Of a stretch of 64,000 nucleotides of DNA, positions 26,967-39,182 are shown one piece after another. The stretch lies in assembly GCF_009914755.1 (NCBI RefSeq), contig NC_060925.1; one strand, 5' to 3'. The first letter of the stretch is position 1; each line of letters begins with the position of its first letter. The stretch comes from the human T2T-CHM13v2.0 reference genome, Homo sapiens. The translations under genes and the position numbers were made by a program. Below the pieces are notes generated by a model. The model had not been told where the DNA came from, ran no database searches, and saw only the letters and a program-made list of their open reading frames with translations.

Positions 26967-28455
26967 AATTATTATTTATTATTTAAATTATTATTATTAA
27001 TTATTTTCACATGTCTGGCAGATCCAGACACTTCAGAAGCATCTTACAGGACCAGACACAGAGCAATGGTAACTCTGATGATGGCCAGATACAGAGAGAG
27101 GCAGGGATTGCTCTTGTTTTTCCCGGACTGTGTAAAATCCCAACGTTCTGAAATAACCTAAGAGATAGAGCAGACTTTATGAAAAATGAGTGATACTGAA
27201 CTTCATTCTGTGTAAATGAGAACTAGAATAAGCTTCAGGAGGGCAGGAACTCGTCTGCCTTCTTTTCCAAGAACATCTGCAGAATTGAGCACATGTCTGA
27301 CATACAGAAGCCATACAATAACTATTTGTGGAATAAATAAATTAACCAGATTTAATTTCATCTAGAAGAAAATGTGTGCTATTTCTTACATCTCAGGTTT
27401 AGGAGCAGTTCTTACTGTTTATTCACCACTGACTTGTAGATTATTTTTAAACTGAAAAGGACCTGTACAATCATTTTATAGACCCCTACATTTTATAGAC
27501 AGGAAAACTGGATGACCACCAAGAACACAGTCAGTTAGCAGGAGAGCTAGGACTAGAGACCAAACAATCCCTTTTCACTTTAACAATATTACTACATAGT
27601 TTTCTTCTTAGAAATTCTTATAGGATCAAAATAAAATAGCTAATTAAGGGTCACAAAGTTTTAGACAATTACTCTCCTTTTGCACTACAGATTTTCCACT
27701 CTCCAATGCTGTTGCAATCATATGAAAGTAATTTCTACTTCTTACACATGCCCTTTGTGGTCTCATCTTCGACTAGCCCTCATGTCATTTGCTTCCACCC
27801 AGAATACTCTGCCATGTGACTTCTTTGTTGGAACATTCCTGCTTAGAGAACAGCTCAAACTTTTCTCACCACGGAGTCTTCCTTAACTAACATTAGTTCC
27901 TTCATTGGAAGTCTGCCCATTTTCAACTGGGAGTCACTATCTGGCCGGTGGGCCCTTCCCACATTTCAAGAGACAATTAGCGTCATTCACTCTAAACTGG
28001 GTTAAGTGAAACAACTTTTTGTAATAGATAATTCATTCAGTTGCTTTTTTTTTTTTTTTTTTTTGCCTCTGAGTCATTAAAGCATACATTTCAAAAAACA
28101 ATTGCTTACCAATAATTTCTAGTCAGTGTTTTATTTTATTTATTTTTAACTGAAGTTAGAGGGATTAATCGTACCCTTCCTTATTATGATGTTACTGTTC
28201 TATCCTTTTCCTACTCAGAGGTATAAGAAATATTTTCTCTCAATTTGATTTTGAAGAAAACTGCTGAAAAAAAGAGCCCCAGAAATAGAGGTGCTAAAAT
28301 ACAAGATTACAGTTAGATAAGAAAACTGAGGACTCATTTTTTAATACTTTTTGATCAGATTTGTTTTAAATGATCACTTTCTTAATTAAAATGAGAGGAA
28401 ATTCTTATTCCCACATTTGAGTTAAATCAGCTAATGAAGGCTGTGGAAAAGTGAT

Positions 28456-29290
28456 ATTCATTTATCCATTCAATTAATATTTAGAGTTAGGCCTATTATG
28501 TGTCAGATGCTATTCTAGATACCAAGGAAACAGCAGTGAGGAAAAAAATAAGCAAAAGTCCTTGTCCTTTGTAAAGCTTACATTCAAGTTGAAAAGAAAG
28601 AAAACAAACAAAATAGATAAGTTAAACACATAGTATGCTAAATTTTTGTGTGTTATGAAGAAAATAATAAAAAGGATGGGGGATAGAGAGTGAAGGTAGC
28701 TCATAGCGGAAGAGGTGAAGAAAGACTTTAAACAAGAGATTAAGAAAGGCCTCACAGAGAGGGTGACATCTGAGTAAGGACCTGAGAGAAATGAAGGAAC
28801 AATCATATGGTTATACAGGAAGACAGTGTTCCAGACAGCAAGTGCAAAGTCCTAAAACAGAGACACATGTGAAGAACAACAGTGATAACAGTGAGGCGAC
28901 TGACTGAGAGGAATAGAGGCCACAAGACCAGAAAGCAAGGTTACAAAGGGATTTGTGTACCATGTGAGAACTTCAGCTTTTCTTTAGAGTGAAATGAAAG
29001 CTATTGGCTGGTTTTAAGAATAGAAAGAAGACATTCTTAGCCTTCTCTGATAAGGCGAAGTTTAAGCAGAAACTTTAATTAGGCAAGGCAGCAGTCTGTG
29101 TGGATATCTGGGAGAAGATACAGCTGTAAATGCAAGATCCTAGAGAAAGGAACAACCAACACTGGTACGCTGGAGAACAGCAATGAGAAAAGAGTCACAA
29201 GAATGGGGTGAACAAAGTTGGGGTACAACCAAAATATGGGTTAGGAAGAGGAAGTGGCATTATCATGTAGGGCCTTTTAGACAAGGACTT
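28456..29290 (-). mobile_element. L2 (L2a-like)
   Basis: attcatttatccattcaattaatatttagag tail; ggtgacatctgagtaaggacctga. Confidence 0.75.
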
Positions 29291-29304
29291 TGTGTAAGCT
29301 TGTC

Positions 29305-30025
29305 ATGGAGTATAGCACAAGTAGAGAAAGGTACACAAATCATAAGTGTACAACTCAGTGAATTTTTTTCTTTTTTTTTTTTTAGACAGGGTTTCACACT
29401 TGTTGCCCAGGCAAAATTACAGTGGCACAATTCGGCTCACTGCAACCTTGCAACCTTTGCCTCCTGAGCCAAGCAATCCTCCTGCGTCAGCCCCCTAAGT
29501 AGCAGGGACCACAGTCACGTGCCACCACACCTGGCTAATTTTTGTATTTTTTCTAGAGACAGGGTTTCACCATGTTGCCCAGGTGGGTCTCAAACTCCTG
29601 GGCGCAAGCAATCAACCCGTCTTGGCTTCCCAAAGTGCTGGGACACAGGCGTAAGCCACCGTGCCGGGTCTGAATTTCCACCAACTGGCAAATTTTCACC
29701 AACCCACACATTTAGACCACCGTCCAAACCAAGCTATAGAACAGGGTACTATAGAACAACCCTGAAGCCTCCTTCATGTTTCCTCTGTCATTACTATCTG
29801 CCCATCCAAGGATAACCACTATTTCACTTTCCATCACTCTGGATCAGTTTTTCCTGTGTTGAACTTTTTACAAATGGAATCATACAGTATTACCCATTGA
29901 TATCAGGCTTCATTCACTCAGTGTTATGTTTGTGAAATTTGTTATTGTGTGTAGCGATGGTTCATTTTTTTCATTGCCATGTAATATTGCACTGTGTAAA
30001 TATACCACAATTTATTTATCCATTC
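29305..30025 (-). mobile_element. Old L1ME 3' region, interrupted by an AluJ
   Basis: cacaaatcataagtgtacaactcagtgaattt; aaatggaatcatacagtat; ataccacaatttatttatccattc. Confidence 0.75.
29363..29670 (-). mobile_element. AluJ-like
   Basis: Diverged antisense Alu, ctcctgggcgcaagcaatc (J-type), TSD-like tgaattt on both sides. Confidence 0.88.
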
Positions 30026-30204
30026 AAAAAAGAAAAAAAAAGAAAGTGAAGAGGTGGAAAAAGACATTTCATGTAAATGGAAACCAAAGATAACCAGTAA
30101 TAGCTACACTTATATCAGGTAAAGTGGACTTTAAATTAAAAGCTGTAAAAATATTACAGCTTGGTTACAGTATTTAATATATTTAATATAAATATTAAAC
30201 TTGA

Positions 30205-30244
30205 ATGTAATGACAAAAAACACAATTACTTTTGCACAACTTAA
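30205..30244. mobile_element. MADE1 half element
   Basis: taatgacaaaaaacacaattacttttgcacaacttaa resembles the right arm of MADE1. Confidence 0.55.
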
Positions 30245-30906
30245 TGACAAAGAAGGACATTATATTATGATAATAAAGGAATCAATTCAGCAAGAGGATG
30301 TAACAATTGTAAATGTATAGGCACTCAAAACTGGAGGAGCCAGATATATGAAGCAAATATTATTAAATCTAAAGAGAGATACAAACCCCAATACAATAAT
30401 AGTTGGGGACTTCAACACCCCAATATCAGCATTGGACAGATCATCTAGACAGAAAATCAACAAAGAAGCATAAAATGTAAACTATACCATAGATCAAATA
30501 TGCCTAACAGACATTTACAGAACATTTCACCCCACAGCTGCAGGATATACATTCTTTTCATCAGCACGTGGAATATTCTCCAGGACTGACCATATGTTAG
30601 GACACAAAACAAGTCTCAAAAAATGTTTAAAAATTGAAGTCATTTCAAGTATCTTTTCTAACCACAATGAAATAAAGCTAGAAATCAATTAACAATAGGA
30701 ACATTCGAAACTATACAAATACAGGAAAATCTAACAACGTGCTTCTGAACAGCCAATGGGTAAAGAAAAAAATTAAGAAGGAAATTTTAAAATTCCATGA
30801 AACGAATAAAAATAGAAACACAGCATATCATGTCTGCAACACAGCAAAAGGGGTATTAAGAGGCAAGTTTACAGCAATAAATGCCTACATCAAAAAAGTA
30901 AGAAAA

Positions 30907-31036
30907 CCTGGTATGGTGGCACACGCCTGTAGCCCCAACTACTTGGGAGGCTGAGGCAGGAAGATCCCTTGAGCCCAAGAGTTCAAGGCCAACCTAGGCA
31001 ACATAGTGAGATCCCCCCAACCTCCAAAAAAAAAAA
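30907..31036 (+). mobile_element. FLAM / free Alu monomer
   Basis: ggtatggtggcacacgcctgtagcccc...ggcaacatagtgagatccc followed by an A tail; single monomer. Confidence 0.85.
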
Positions 31037-31933
31037 ATAGTGAAAATATCTCAAATAAACAACCTAATGATGCAGCTTAAGAAACTAGAAAAGGAAGAAC
31101 AAAGAAAACCCAAAATTTGTAGAAGGAAAAAATAACAAAGAGCAGAGCACAAAGAAACAAAATTGAGACTAAAAAGAATATAAAATATCAACAAAATGAA
31201 ACGTTGCTTTTTTGAAAGATAAAATCAACAAACCGATAACTAAGCTAAGAAAAAAACAGAAAAGATCTAAATAAGTAAAATTAGAAACAAAAAAAAAGAT
31301 GTTACAACTGATACTAAGAAATGCAAAGGAGTATTAGAGACTACTAGGAAGAACTATATACCAAAACTTCAGAGAATCCAGAGGAAATGAGCAAATTTCT
31401 AAGTACATATCAATACTGAAACGAGAACACATATAAGAACCTGAACAGACCAATAATGAGTACTGAGATTGAATCAATAATAAATAGTCTCCCAGCAAAG
31501 AAAAGTTTAGGACCAGACAGCTTTACTGCTGAATTCTACCAAGCTTATAAAGAAAAACTGATACCAATTATTCTCAAATTATTCACCCAAAAATGAAAGG
31601 GGAGGGATTTCTTCCAAACTCATTCTACATGGCCAGCATAACCTTGATACCAAAATCAGATAAGGACACACAAAAAAGAAAACTACAGGCCAATATCCCT
31701 GATGAACATACATACAAAAATTGTCAACAAAATACCAGCAAACCGAATGAGATCACATCAAAAAGATAACACACCATGATCAAGTGGGATTTATCCTTGG
31801 GAGGCAAGGGGGGTTTAACATATGCAAATCAATACACACGATACATCACATCAATAGAATGAAGGACAAAAACTCATCTCAACAGATGCCGAAGAGGTAT
31901 TTGATAAAATTTATCATCGCTTCATGAAAAAAA

Positions 31934-33729
31934 CTCTCCCTCTCCCTCTCCCCCTCCCCCTTCCCCTCCCCCTCTCCCTCTGTTGCTGAAGCTGGACTGT
32001 ACTGCGGTGATCTCAGCTCGCTTCAACCTCCCTGCCTCGGCCTGCCAAGTGCCTGGGATTGCAGGCACACGCCGCCACGCCTGACTGGTTTTTGTATTTT
32101 TGGTGGAGACGGGGTTTCGCCGTGTTGACCAGGCTGGTCTCCAGCTCTTGACCTCAAGTGATCTGCCTGCCTCAGCCTCCCAAGGTGCTGGGGATTGCAG
32201 ACGGAGTCTCACTCACTCAATGCTCAATGTTGCCCAGGCTGGAGTGCAGTGGCGTGATCTCGGTTCGCTACAACTTCCACCTCCCAGCCGCCTGCCTTGG
32301 CCTCCAAAAGTGCTAAGATTACAGCCTCTGCTGGGCTGCCACCCCATCTAGGAAGTAAGGAGCGTCTCTGCCGGGCCGCCCATCGTCTGGGATGTAAGGA
32401 GCCCCTCTGCCCGGCCACCCCGTCTGGGAAGCGAGGAGCGCCTCTGCCCAGCCACCACCCCGTCTGGGAAGTGAGGAGCGCCTCTGCCCGGCCACTATCC
32501 CGTCTGGGATGTGAGGAACATCTCTGCCTGGCCGCCCCATCTAGGAAGTGAGGAGTGCCTCTACCTGGCCGCCCCGTCTGGGAAGTGAGGAGCGCCTCTG
32601 CCTGGCTGCCCATGGTCTGGGAAGTGAGGAGCGCCTCTGCCCAGCCGCCACCCCGTCTGGGAGTGGGGAGCACCTCTGCCTGGCTGCCCCATCTGGGATG
32701 TGAGGAACGCCTCTGCCCGGCCGCCCCGTCTGGGAACTGAGGAGCGCATCTGCCCGGCAACCGCCCTGTCTGGGAACTGAGGAGCGCCTCTGCCCGGCTG
32801 CCCCATCTGAGAAATGAGGAGCGCCTCTGCCTAGCCACCCATCATCTGGGATGTGAGGAGCACCTCTGCCCGGCCACCCTTCATCTGGGATGTGAGGAGT
32901 GCCTCTGCCCGGCTGCCACCCCATCTAGGAAGTGAGGAGTGCCTCTGCCTGGCCGCCCCATCTGGGAGGTGAGGAGCACCTCTGCCTGGCCGCCCCGTCT
33001 GGGAGGTGAGGAGCGCGTCTGCCCGGCCACCCCGTCTGGGAGGTGAGGAGTGCCTCTGCCCGGCCGCCCCATCTGGGAGGTGAGGAGCGCCTCTGCCTGG
33101 CCGCCCATCGTCTGGGATGTGAGGAGCGCCTCTGCCCGGCTGCCCCATCTAGGAAGCGAGCGCCTCTACCTGGCCGCCCCGTCTGGGAGGTGTACCCAAC
33201 AGCTCCGAAGAGACAGCAACCATCGAGAACGGGCCATGATAACGATGGCAGTTTTGTCGAAAAGAGAAGGGGGAAATGTGGGGAAAAGAAAGAGAGATCA
33301 GATTGTTACTGTGTCTGTGTAGAAAGAAGTAGACATAGGAGACTCCATTTTGTTCTGTACTAAGAAAAATTCTTCAGCCTTGGGATGCTGTTAATCTATA
33401 ACCTTACCCCCAACCCCGTGCTTTCTGAAACATGTGCTGTGTCAACTCAGGGTTAAATGGATTAAGGGCAGTGCAAGATGTGCTTTGTTAAACAGATGGT
33501 TGAAGGCGGCATGCTTGTTAAGAGTCATCACCACTCCCTAATCTCAAGTACCCAGGGACACAAACACTGCAGAAGGCCCCAGGGTCCTCTGCCTAGGGAA
33601 ACCAGAGACTTTTGTTCACGTGTTTATCTGCTGACCTTCTCTCCACTATTATCCTATGACCCTATCACATCCCCCTCTCCGAGAAACACCCAAGAATGAT
33701 CAATAAATACTAAAAAAAAAAAAAAAAAA
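31934..33729 (+). mobile_element. SVA retrotransposon, old (SVA_A-like), near full length
   Basis: CCCTCT hexamers 31934-31980; antisense Alu-like ~31985-32330; GC-rich VNTR (ctgggaagtgaggagcgcctctgcccggcc) ~32330-33190; HERV-K-derived SINE-R to AATAAA (33702-33707); poly(A); possible TSD AAAAAAACT at 31927-31935 and 33723-33731. Confidence 0.96.
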
Positions 33730-33731
33730 CT

Positions 33732-33770
33732 AAGAAAGTTGATCTCATAAGAGAGCAGAACAGTGGCTAT
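33732..33770 (+). mobile_element. 39-bp piece of the host L1MA 3'UTR between SVA and HERV-H
   Basis: aagaaagttgatctcataagagagcagaacagtggctat; continues as cagaggctgggaaggg after the provirus. Confidence 0.8.
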
Positions 33771-34225
33771 TGTCAGGCCTCTGAGCCCAAGCCAAGCCAT
33801 CATATCCCCTGTGACTTGCACGTATATGCCCAGATGGCCTGAAGTAACTGAAGAATCAACAAAAGAAGTGAATATGCCCTGCCCCACCTTAACCTGATGA
33901 CATTCTACCACAAAAGAAGTGTAAATGGCCTGTCCTTGCCTTAAGTGATGACATTACCTTGTGAAAGTCCTTTTCCTGGCTCATCCTGGCTCAAAAAGCA
34001 CCCCCACTGAGCACCTTGTGGCCCCCACTCCTGCCCACCAGAGAACAAACCCCCTTTGACTGTAATTTTCCTTTACCTACCCAAATCCTATAAAACGGCC
34101 CCACCCTTATCTGCCTTTGCTGACTCTCTTTTCAGACTCAGCCCACCTGCACCCAGGTGAAATAAACAGCCATGTTGCTCACACAAAGCCTGTTTGGTGG
34201 TCTCTTCACACGGACGTGCATGAAA
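33771..34225 (+). promoter_or_regulatory. 5' LTR7 (LTR7up-like) promoter/enhancer
   Basis: 455 bp; TATAAAA 34089-34095; AATAAA 34161-34166; ACAAAAGAAGTG twice (33859-33870, 33910-33921). Confidence 0.93.
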
Positions 34226-34227
34226 TT

Positions 34228-34245
34228 TGGTGCCGTGACTCGGAT
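34228..34245 (+). other. Primer-binding site complementary to the tRNA-His 3' end
   Basis: TGGTGCCGTGACTCGGAT, 2 nt after the LTR end. Confidence 0.95.
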
Positions 34246-34644
34246 CGGGGGACCTCCCTTGGGAGATCAATCCCCTGTCCTCCTGTTCTTTGCTCCATGA
34301 GAAAGATCCACCTACGACCTCAGGTCCTCAGACCGACCAGCCCAAGGAACATCTCACCAATTTTAAATCAGGTACGCAGCCTCTTCTTACTCTCTTCTCC
34401 AACCTCTCTCACTGTCCCTCAACCACTTTCTCCTTTCCACTCTTCAATCTCTCCCTTCTCTTAATTTCAATTCATTTTCTGGGAGAGACAAAGGAGACAC
34501 GTTTTATCCGTGGACCCAAAACTCCGGCGCCAGTCACGGACGGGGAAGGCAGCCTTCCCTTGGTGTTTAGTCATTGCAGGGATGCCTCTCTGATTATACA
34601 CCCACGTTTCAAGGGTGTCAGACCACGCAGGGACGCCTGCCTTT

Positions 34645-35080
34645 GTCCTTCACCCTTAGCGGCAAGTCCCGCTTTTCTGGGGAAGGGGCAAGTACCTCAA
34701 CCCCTTCTCTCCTTGTCTCTACCCCTTCTCTGCTTTTCTGGGAGAGGGGCAAGTACCCCTCAACCCCTTCTCCTTCACCCTTAGTGGCAAGACCCACTTT
34801 TCTGGGAGAGGGGCAAGTACCCCTCAACCCCTTCTCCTTCACTCTTAGTGGCAAGTCCCACTTTTCTAGAGGAGGGGCAAGTACCCCAACCTCATATCTC
34901 TGTGCCCCAATCCCTTATTTCTGCACCCCGACCTCTTATCTCTGTGCCCTAATCCCTTATTTCCATACCCTGACCCCTTATTTCCATGCTCCAACCCCTT
35001 ATTTCTGTGCCCCATCCCTTATTTCCGCACCCCAACCTCTTATCTCTGCACCCCAACCCCTTTTCCCACTTTTCTGGAAG
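34645..35080 (+). repeat. HERV-H leader tandem repeats
   Basis: Repeated ttcacccttagtggcaagtcccacttttct...ggggcaagtacccc units, then short cccttatttc...cacccc units. Confidence 0.8.
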
Positions 35081-35149
35081 GTAAGAACCCCCGAACCCCT
35101 TCCCTCTGTTTCTCTACTCTCTCTTTTCTCTAGGCTTGCTTCCTTCACT

Positions 35150-36390
35150 ATGGGCAACCTTCCACCCTCCATTCCTCCTTCTACTCCCTTGGCCTGTGTT
35201 CTCAAAAACTTAAAACCTCTTCAACTGACACCTGACCTAAAACCTAAATGCCTTATTTTCTTCTGCAATGCCGCTTGACCCCAATACAAACTTGACAGTA
35301 GTTCCAAATAGCCAGAAAATGGCACTTTGAATTTTTCCATCCTGCAAGATCTAAATAATTCTTGTCGTAAAATAGGCAAACGGTCTGAGGTGCCTGACAT
35401 CCAGGCATTCTTTTACACATCAGTCCCTTCCTAGTCTCTGTGCCCAGTGCAACTCATCCCAAATCTTCCTTCTTTCCCTCCCGCCTGTCCCCTCAGTACC
35501 AACCCCAAGCATCGCTGAGTCTTTCTAATCTTCCTTTTCTACAGACCCATCTGACCTCTCCCTTCCTCCCCAGGCTGCTCCTCGCCAGGCCGAGCTAAGT
35601 CCCAATTCTTCCTTAGCCTCTGCTCCTCCACCCTATAATCTTTTTATCACCTCCCCTCCTCACAGCTGGTCTGGCTTACAGTTTCGTTCCGTGACTAGCC
35701 CTCCCCCTCCTGCCCAGCAATTTACTCTTAAAAAGGTGGCTGGAGCTAAAGGCATAGTCAAGGTTAATGCTCCTTTTTCTTTATCCCAAATCAGATAGCC
35801 TTTAGGCTCTTTTTCATCAAATATAAAAATCCAGCCCAGTTCATGACTTGTTTGGCAGCAACCCTGAGACACTTTACAGCCCTAGACCCTAAAAAGCCAA
35901 AAGGCCGTCTTATTCTCAAAATACATTTTATTACCCAATCTGCTCCCGACATTAAATAAAACTCCAAAGATTAAATTCCAGCCCTCAAACCCCACAACAG
36001 GATTTAATTAACCTCACCTTCAAGGTGTACAATAATAGAAAAAAGTTGCAATTCCTTGTCTCCACTGTGAGACAAACCCCAGCCACATCTCCAGCACACA
36101 AGAACTTCCAAACACCTGAACCACAGCGGCCAGGTGTTTCTCCAGAAGCTCCTCCCACAGGAGCTTGCTACAAGTGCCAGAAATCTGGCCCACAGCCTAG
36201 GATTCCTCCTAAGCCACGTCCCATCTGTGTGGGACCCCACTGAAAATCGGACTGTTCAATTCACCTGACAGCCACTCCCAGAGCCCCTGGAACTCTGGCC
36301 CAAGGCTCTCTGACTGACTCCTTCCCAGATCTTCTCGGCTTAGCAGCTGAAGACTGACACTGCCCAATCACCTCAGAAGCCCCCTAGACC
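35150..36390 (+). pseudogene. gag: HERV-H gag remnant (disrupted)
   Basis: MGNLPPSIPP...CLIFFCNAA start; partial Zn-knuckle GACYKCQKSG; multiple stops. Confidence 0.8.
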
Positions 36391-38570
36391 ATCACGGATG
36401 CCGAGCTTCTGGTAACTCTCACAGTGGAAGGTAAGCCCATCCCCTTCTTAATCAATACAGAGGCTATCCACTCCACATTACCTTCTTTTCAAGGGCCTGT
36501 TTCCCTTGCCTCCATAACTGTTGTGGGTATTGACGGCCAGGCTTCTAAACCTCTTAAAACTCCCCAACTCTGGTGCCAACTTAGACAATACTCTTTTAAG
36601 CACTCCTTTTTAGTTATCCCCACCTGCCCAGTTCCCTTATTAGGCTGAGACACTTTAACTAAATTATCTGCTTCCCTGACGATTTCTGGACTACAGCTAT
36701 ATCTCATTGCCGCCCTTCTTCCCAATCCAAAGCCTCCTTTGCGTCCTCTTCTTGTATCCCCCCACCTTAACCCACAAGTATAAGATACCTCTACTCCCTC
36801 CTTGGTGACCGATCGTGCACCCCTTATCATCTCATTAAAACCTAATCACCCTTACCCCACTCAACGCCAATATCCCATTCTGCAGCACGCTTTAAAAAGA
36901 TTAAAGCCTGTTATCACTCACCTGCTACAGCATGGCCTTTTAAAGCCTATAAACTCTCCTTACAATTCCCCCATTTTACCTGTCCTAAAACCAGACAAGC
37001 CTTACAAGTTAGTTCAGGATCTGCGCCTTATCAACCAAATTGTTTTGCCTATCCATCCCGTGGTGCCAAACCCATATACTCTCCTATCCTCAATACCTGC
37101 CTCTACAACCCATTATTCTGTTCTAGATCTCAAACATGCTTTCTTTACTATTCCTTTGCACCCTTAATCCCAGACTCTCTTTGCTTTCACTTGGACTGAC
37201 CCTGACACCCATCATGCTCAGCAAATTACCTAGGCTGTACTGCTGCAAAGCTTCACAGACAGCCCCCATTACTTCAATCAAGCCCAAATTTCTTCATCAT
37301 CTGTTACCTATCTTGGCATAATTCTCATAAAAACACACGTGCTCTCCCTGCCAATCGTGTCCTGCTGATCTCTCAAACCCCAGCACCTTCTACAAAACGA
37401 CAACTCCTTTCCTTCCTAGGCATGGTTAGCGTGGTCAGAATTCTTACACCAGAGCCAGGACCACACCCTGTAGCCTTTCTGTACAAACAAATTGACCTTA
37501 CTGTTTTATCCTAGCCCTCATGTCTGTGTGCAGTGGCTGCTGCTGCATTAATACTTTTAGAGGCCCTCAAAATCACAAACTATGCTCAACTCACTCTCTA
37601 CAGTTCTCATAACTTCCAAAATCTATTTTCTTCCTCATACCTGATGCATATACTTTCTGCTTCCCGGCTCCTTCAGCTATACTCACTCTTTGTTGAGTCT
37701 CCCACAATTACCGTTGTTCCTGGCCCAGACTTCAATCCGGCCTCCCACATTATTCCTGATACCACACCTGACCCCCATGACTATCTCTCTGATCCAACTG
37801 ACATTCACCCCATTTCCCCAAATTTCCTTCTTTCCTGTTCCTCACCCTGATCATGCTTGATTTATTGATGGCGGTTCCACCAGGCCTAATCGCCACACAC
37901 CAGCAAAGGCAGGTTATGCTATAGTACAAGCCACTAGCCCGCCTCTTAGAACCTCTCATTTCCTTTCCATCATGGAACTCTATCCTCAAGGAAATAACTT
38001 CTCAGTGTTCCGTCTGCTATTCTACTACTCCTCAGGGATTATTCAGGCCCCCTCCCTTCCCTACACATCAAGCTCAAGGATTTGCCCCACCAAGGACTGG
38101 CAAATTAGCTTTATTCAACATGCCCTGAGTCAGATAACTAAAATACCTCTTAGTCTAGGTAGACACTTTCACTGGATAGGTAGAGGCCTTTCCTACAGGG
38201 TCTGAGAAGGCCACTGCAGTCATTTCTTCCCTTCTGTCAGACATAATTCCTCAGTTTAGCCTTCCCACCTCAATACAGTCTGATAACAGACGAGCCTTTA
38301 TTAGTCAAATCAGCCAAGCAGTTTTTCAGGCTCTTAGTATTCAGTGAAACCTTTATATCCCTTACGGTCCTCCGTCTTCAAGAAAAGTAGAATGGACTAA
38401 AGGTCTTTTAAAAACACACCTCACCAAGCTCAGCCACCAACTTAAAAAGGACTGGACAATACTTTTACCACTTTCCCTTCTCAGAATTCAGGCCTGTCCT
38501 CGGAATGCTACAGGGTACAGCCCATTTAAGCTCCGTATAGATGCTTCTTTTTATTAGGCCCCAGTCTCAT
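36391..38570 (+). pseudogene. pol: HERV-H pro/pol remnant (protease, RT, RNase H, integrase; disrupted)
   Basis: FLINTEA (degenerate DTGA protease site); SPYNSPILPVLKPDKPYKLVQDLR and VLDLKHAFFTIPL RT motifs; integrase IQSDN-like region ~38270; stops and deletions. Confidence 0.88.
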
Positions 38571-39182
38571 TCCAGACACCAGACTAACTTAGACTGTGCC
38601 CCAAAAAATACTTGTCATCCCCACTATCTTCTGTCTAGTCATACGCCTATTCACCGTTCTCAACTACTCATACATGCCCTGCTCTTGTTTACACTGCCGG
38701 TTTACACTGTTTTTCCAAGCCATCACAGCTGATATCTCCTGGCGCTATCCCCAAACTGCCACTCTTAACTCTTGAAGTAAATAAATAATCTTTGCTGGTA
38801 GGACTATGCTGAATCTCCTTAGGCACTCTCTAATCAGATATCCTGAATCATCCCAATTCTTAGACCTTTTATACCTGTTTTTCTCCTTCTGTTATTCCAT
38901 TTAGTTTCTCAATTCATCCAAAACTGTATCCAGGCCATCACCAATCATTCTATATGACAAATGTTTCTTCTTACATCCCCACAATATCACCCCTTACCAC
39001 AAGACCTCCCTTCAGCTTAATCTCTCCCACTCTAGGTTCCCACGCCTCCCCTAATCCCGCTTGAAGCAGCCCTGAGAAACATCGCCCATTCTCTCTCCAT
39101 ATCACCCCCCAAAAATTTTCGCCGCCCCAACACTTCAACACTATTTTGTTTTATTTTTCTTCTTAATATAAGAAGGCAGGAA

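Larger units (their letters stand above)
30043..31935 (+). mobile_element. L1MA-type LINE-1, ORF2 endonuclease through start of RT (degraded); host of the nested insertions
   Basis: gttggggacttcaacacccc (VGDFNTP), gaccatatgttagg (DH), aactacaggccaatatccctgatgaacata (NYRPISLMN); stops at the ...FDK...FM.KTL region. Confidence 0.92.

Noticed and set aside
32330-33190. Repeat-plus-variable-spacer pattern superficially like a CRISPR array
   Set aside because: It is the SVA VNTR: spacers are short variants of one another, the context is eukaryotic, and there are no cas genes.
31922-33699. Many overlapping 60-204 aa ORFs on both strands
   Set aside because: Products of the GC-rich SVA VNTR and Alu-like region, which lack stop codons; not genes.
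34574-35278. 234-aa ORF in HERV-H
   Set aside because: Low-complexity leader repeats running into the gag N-terminus, starts at a non-ATG codon, and terminates early in gag.
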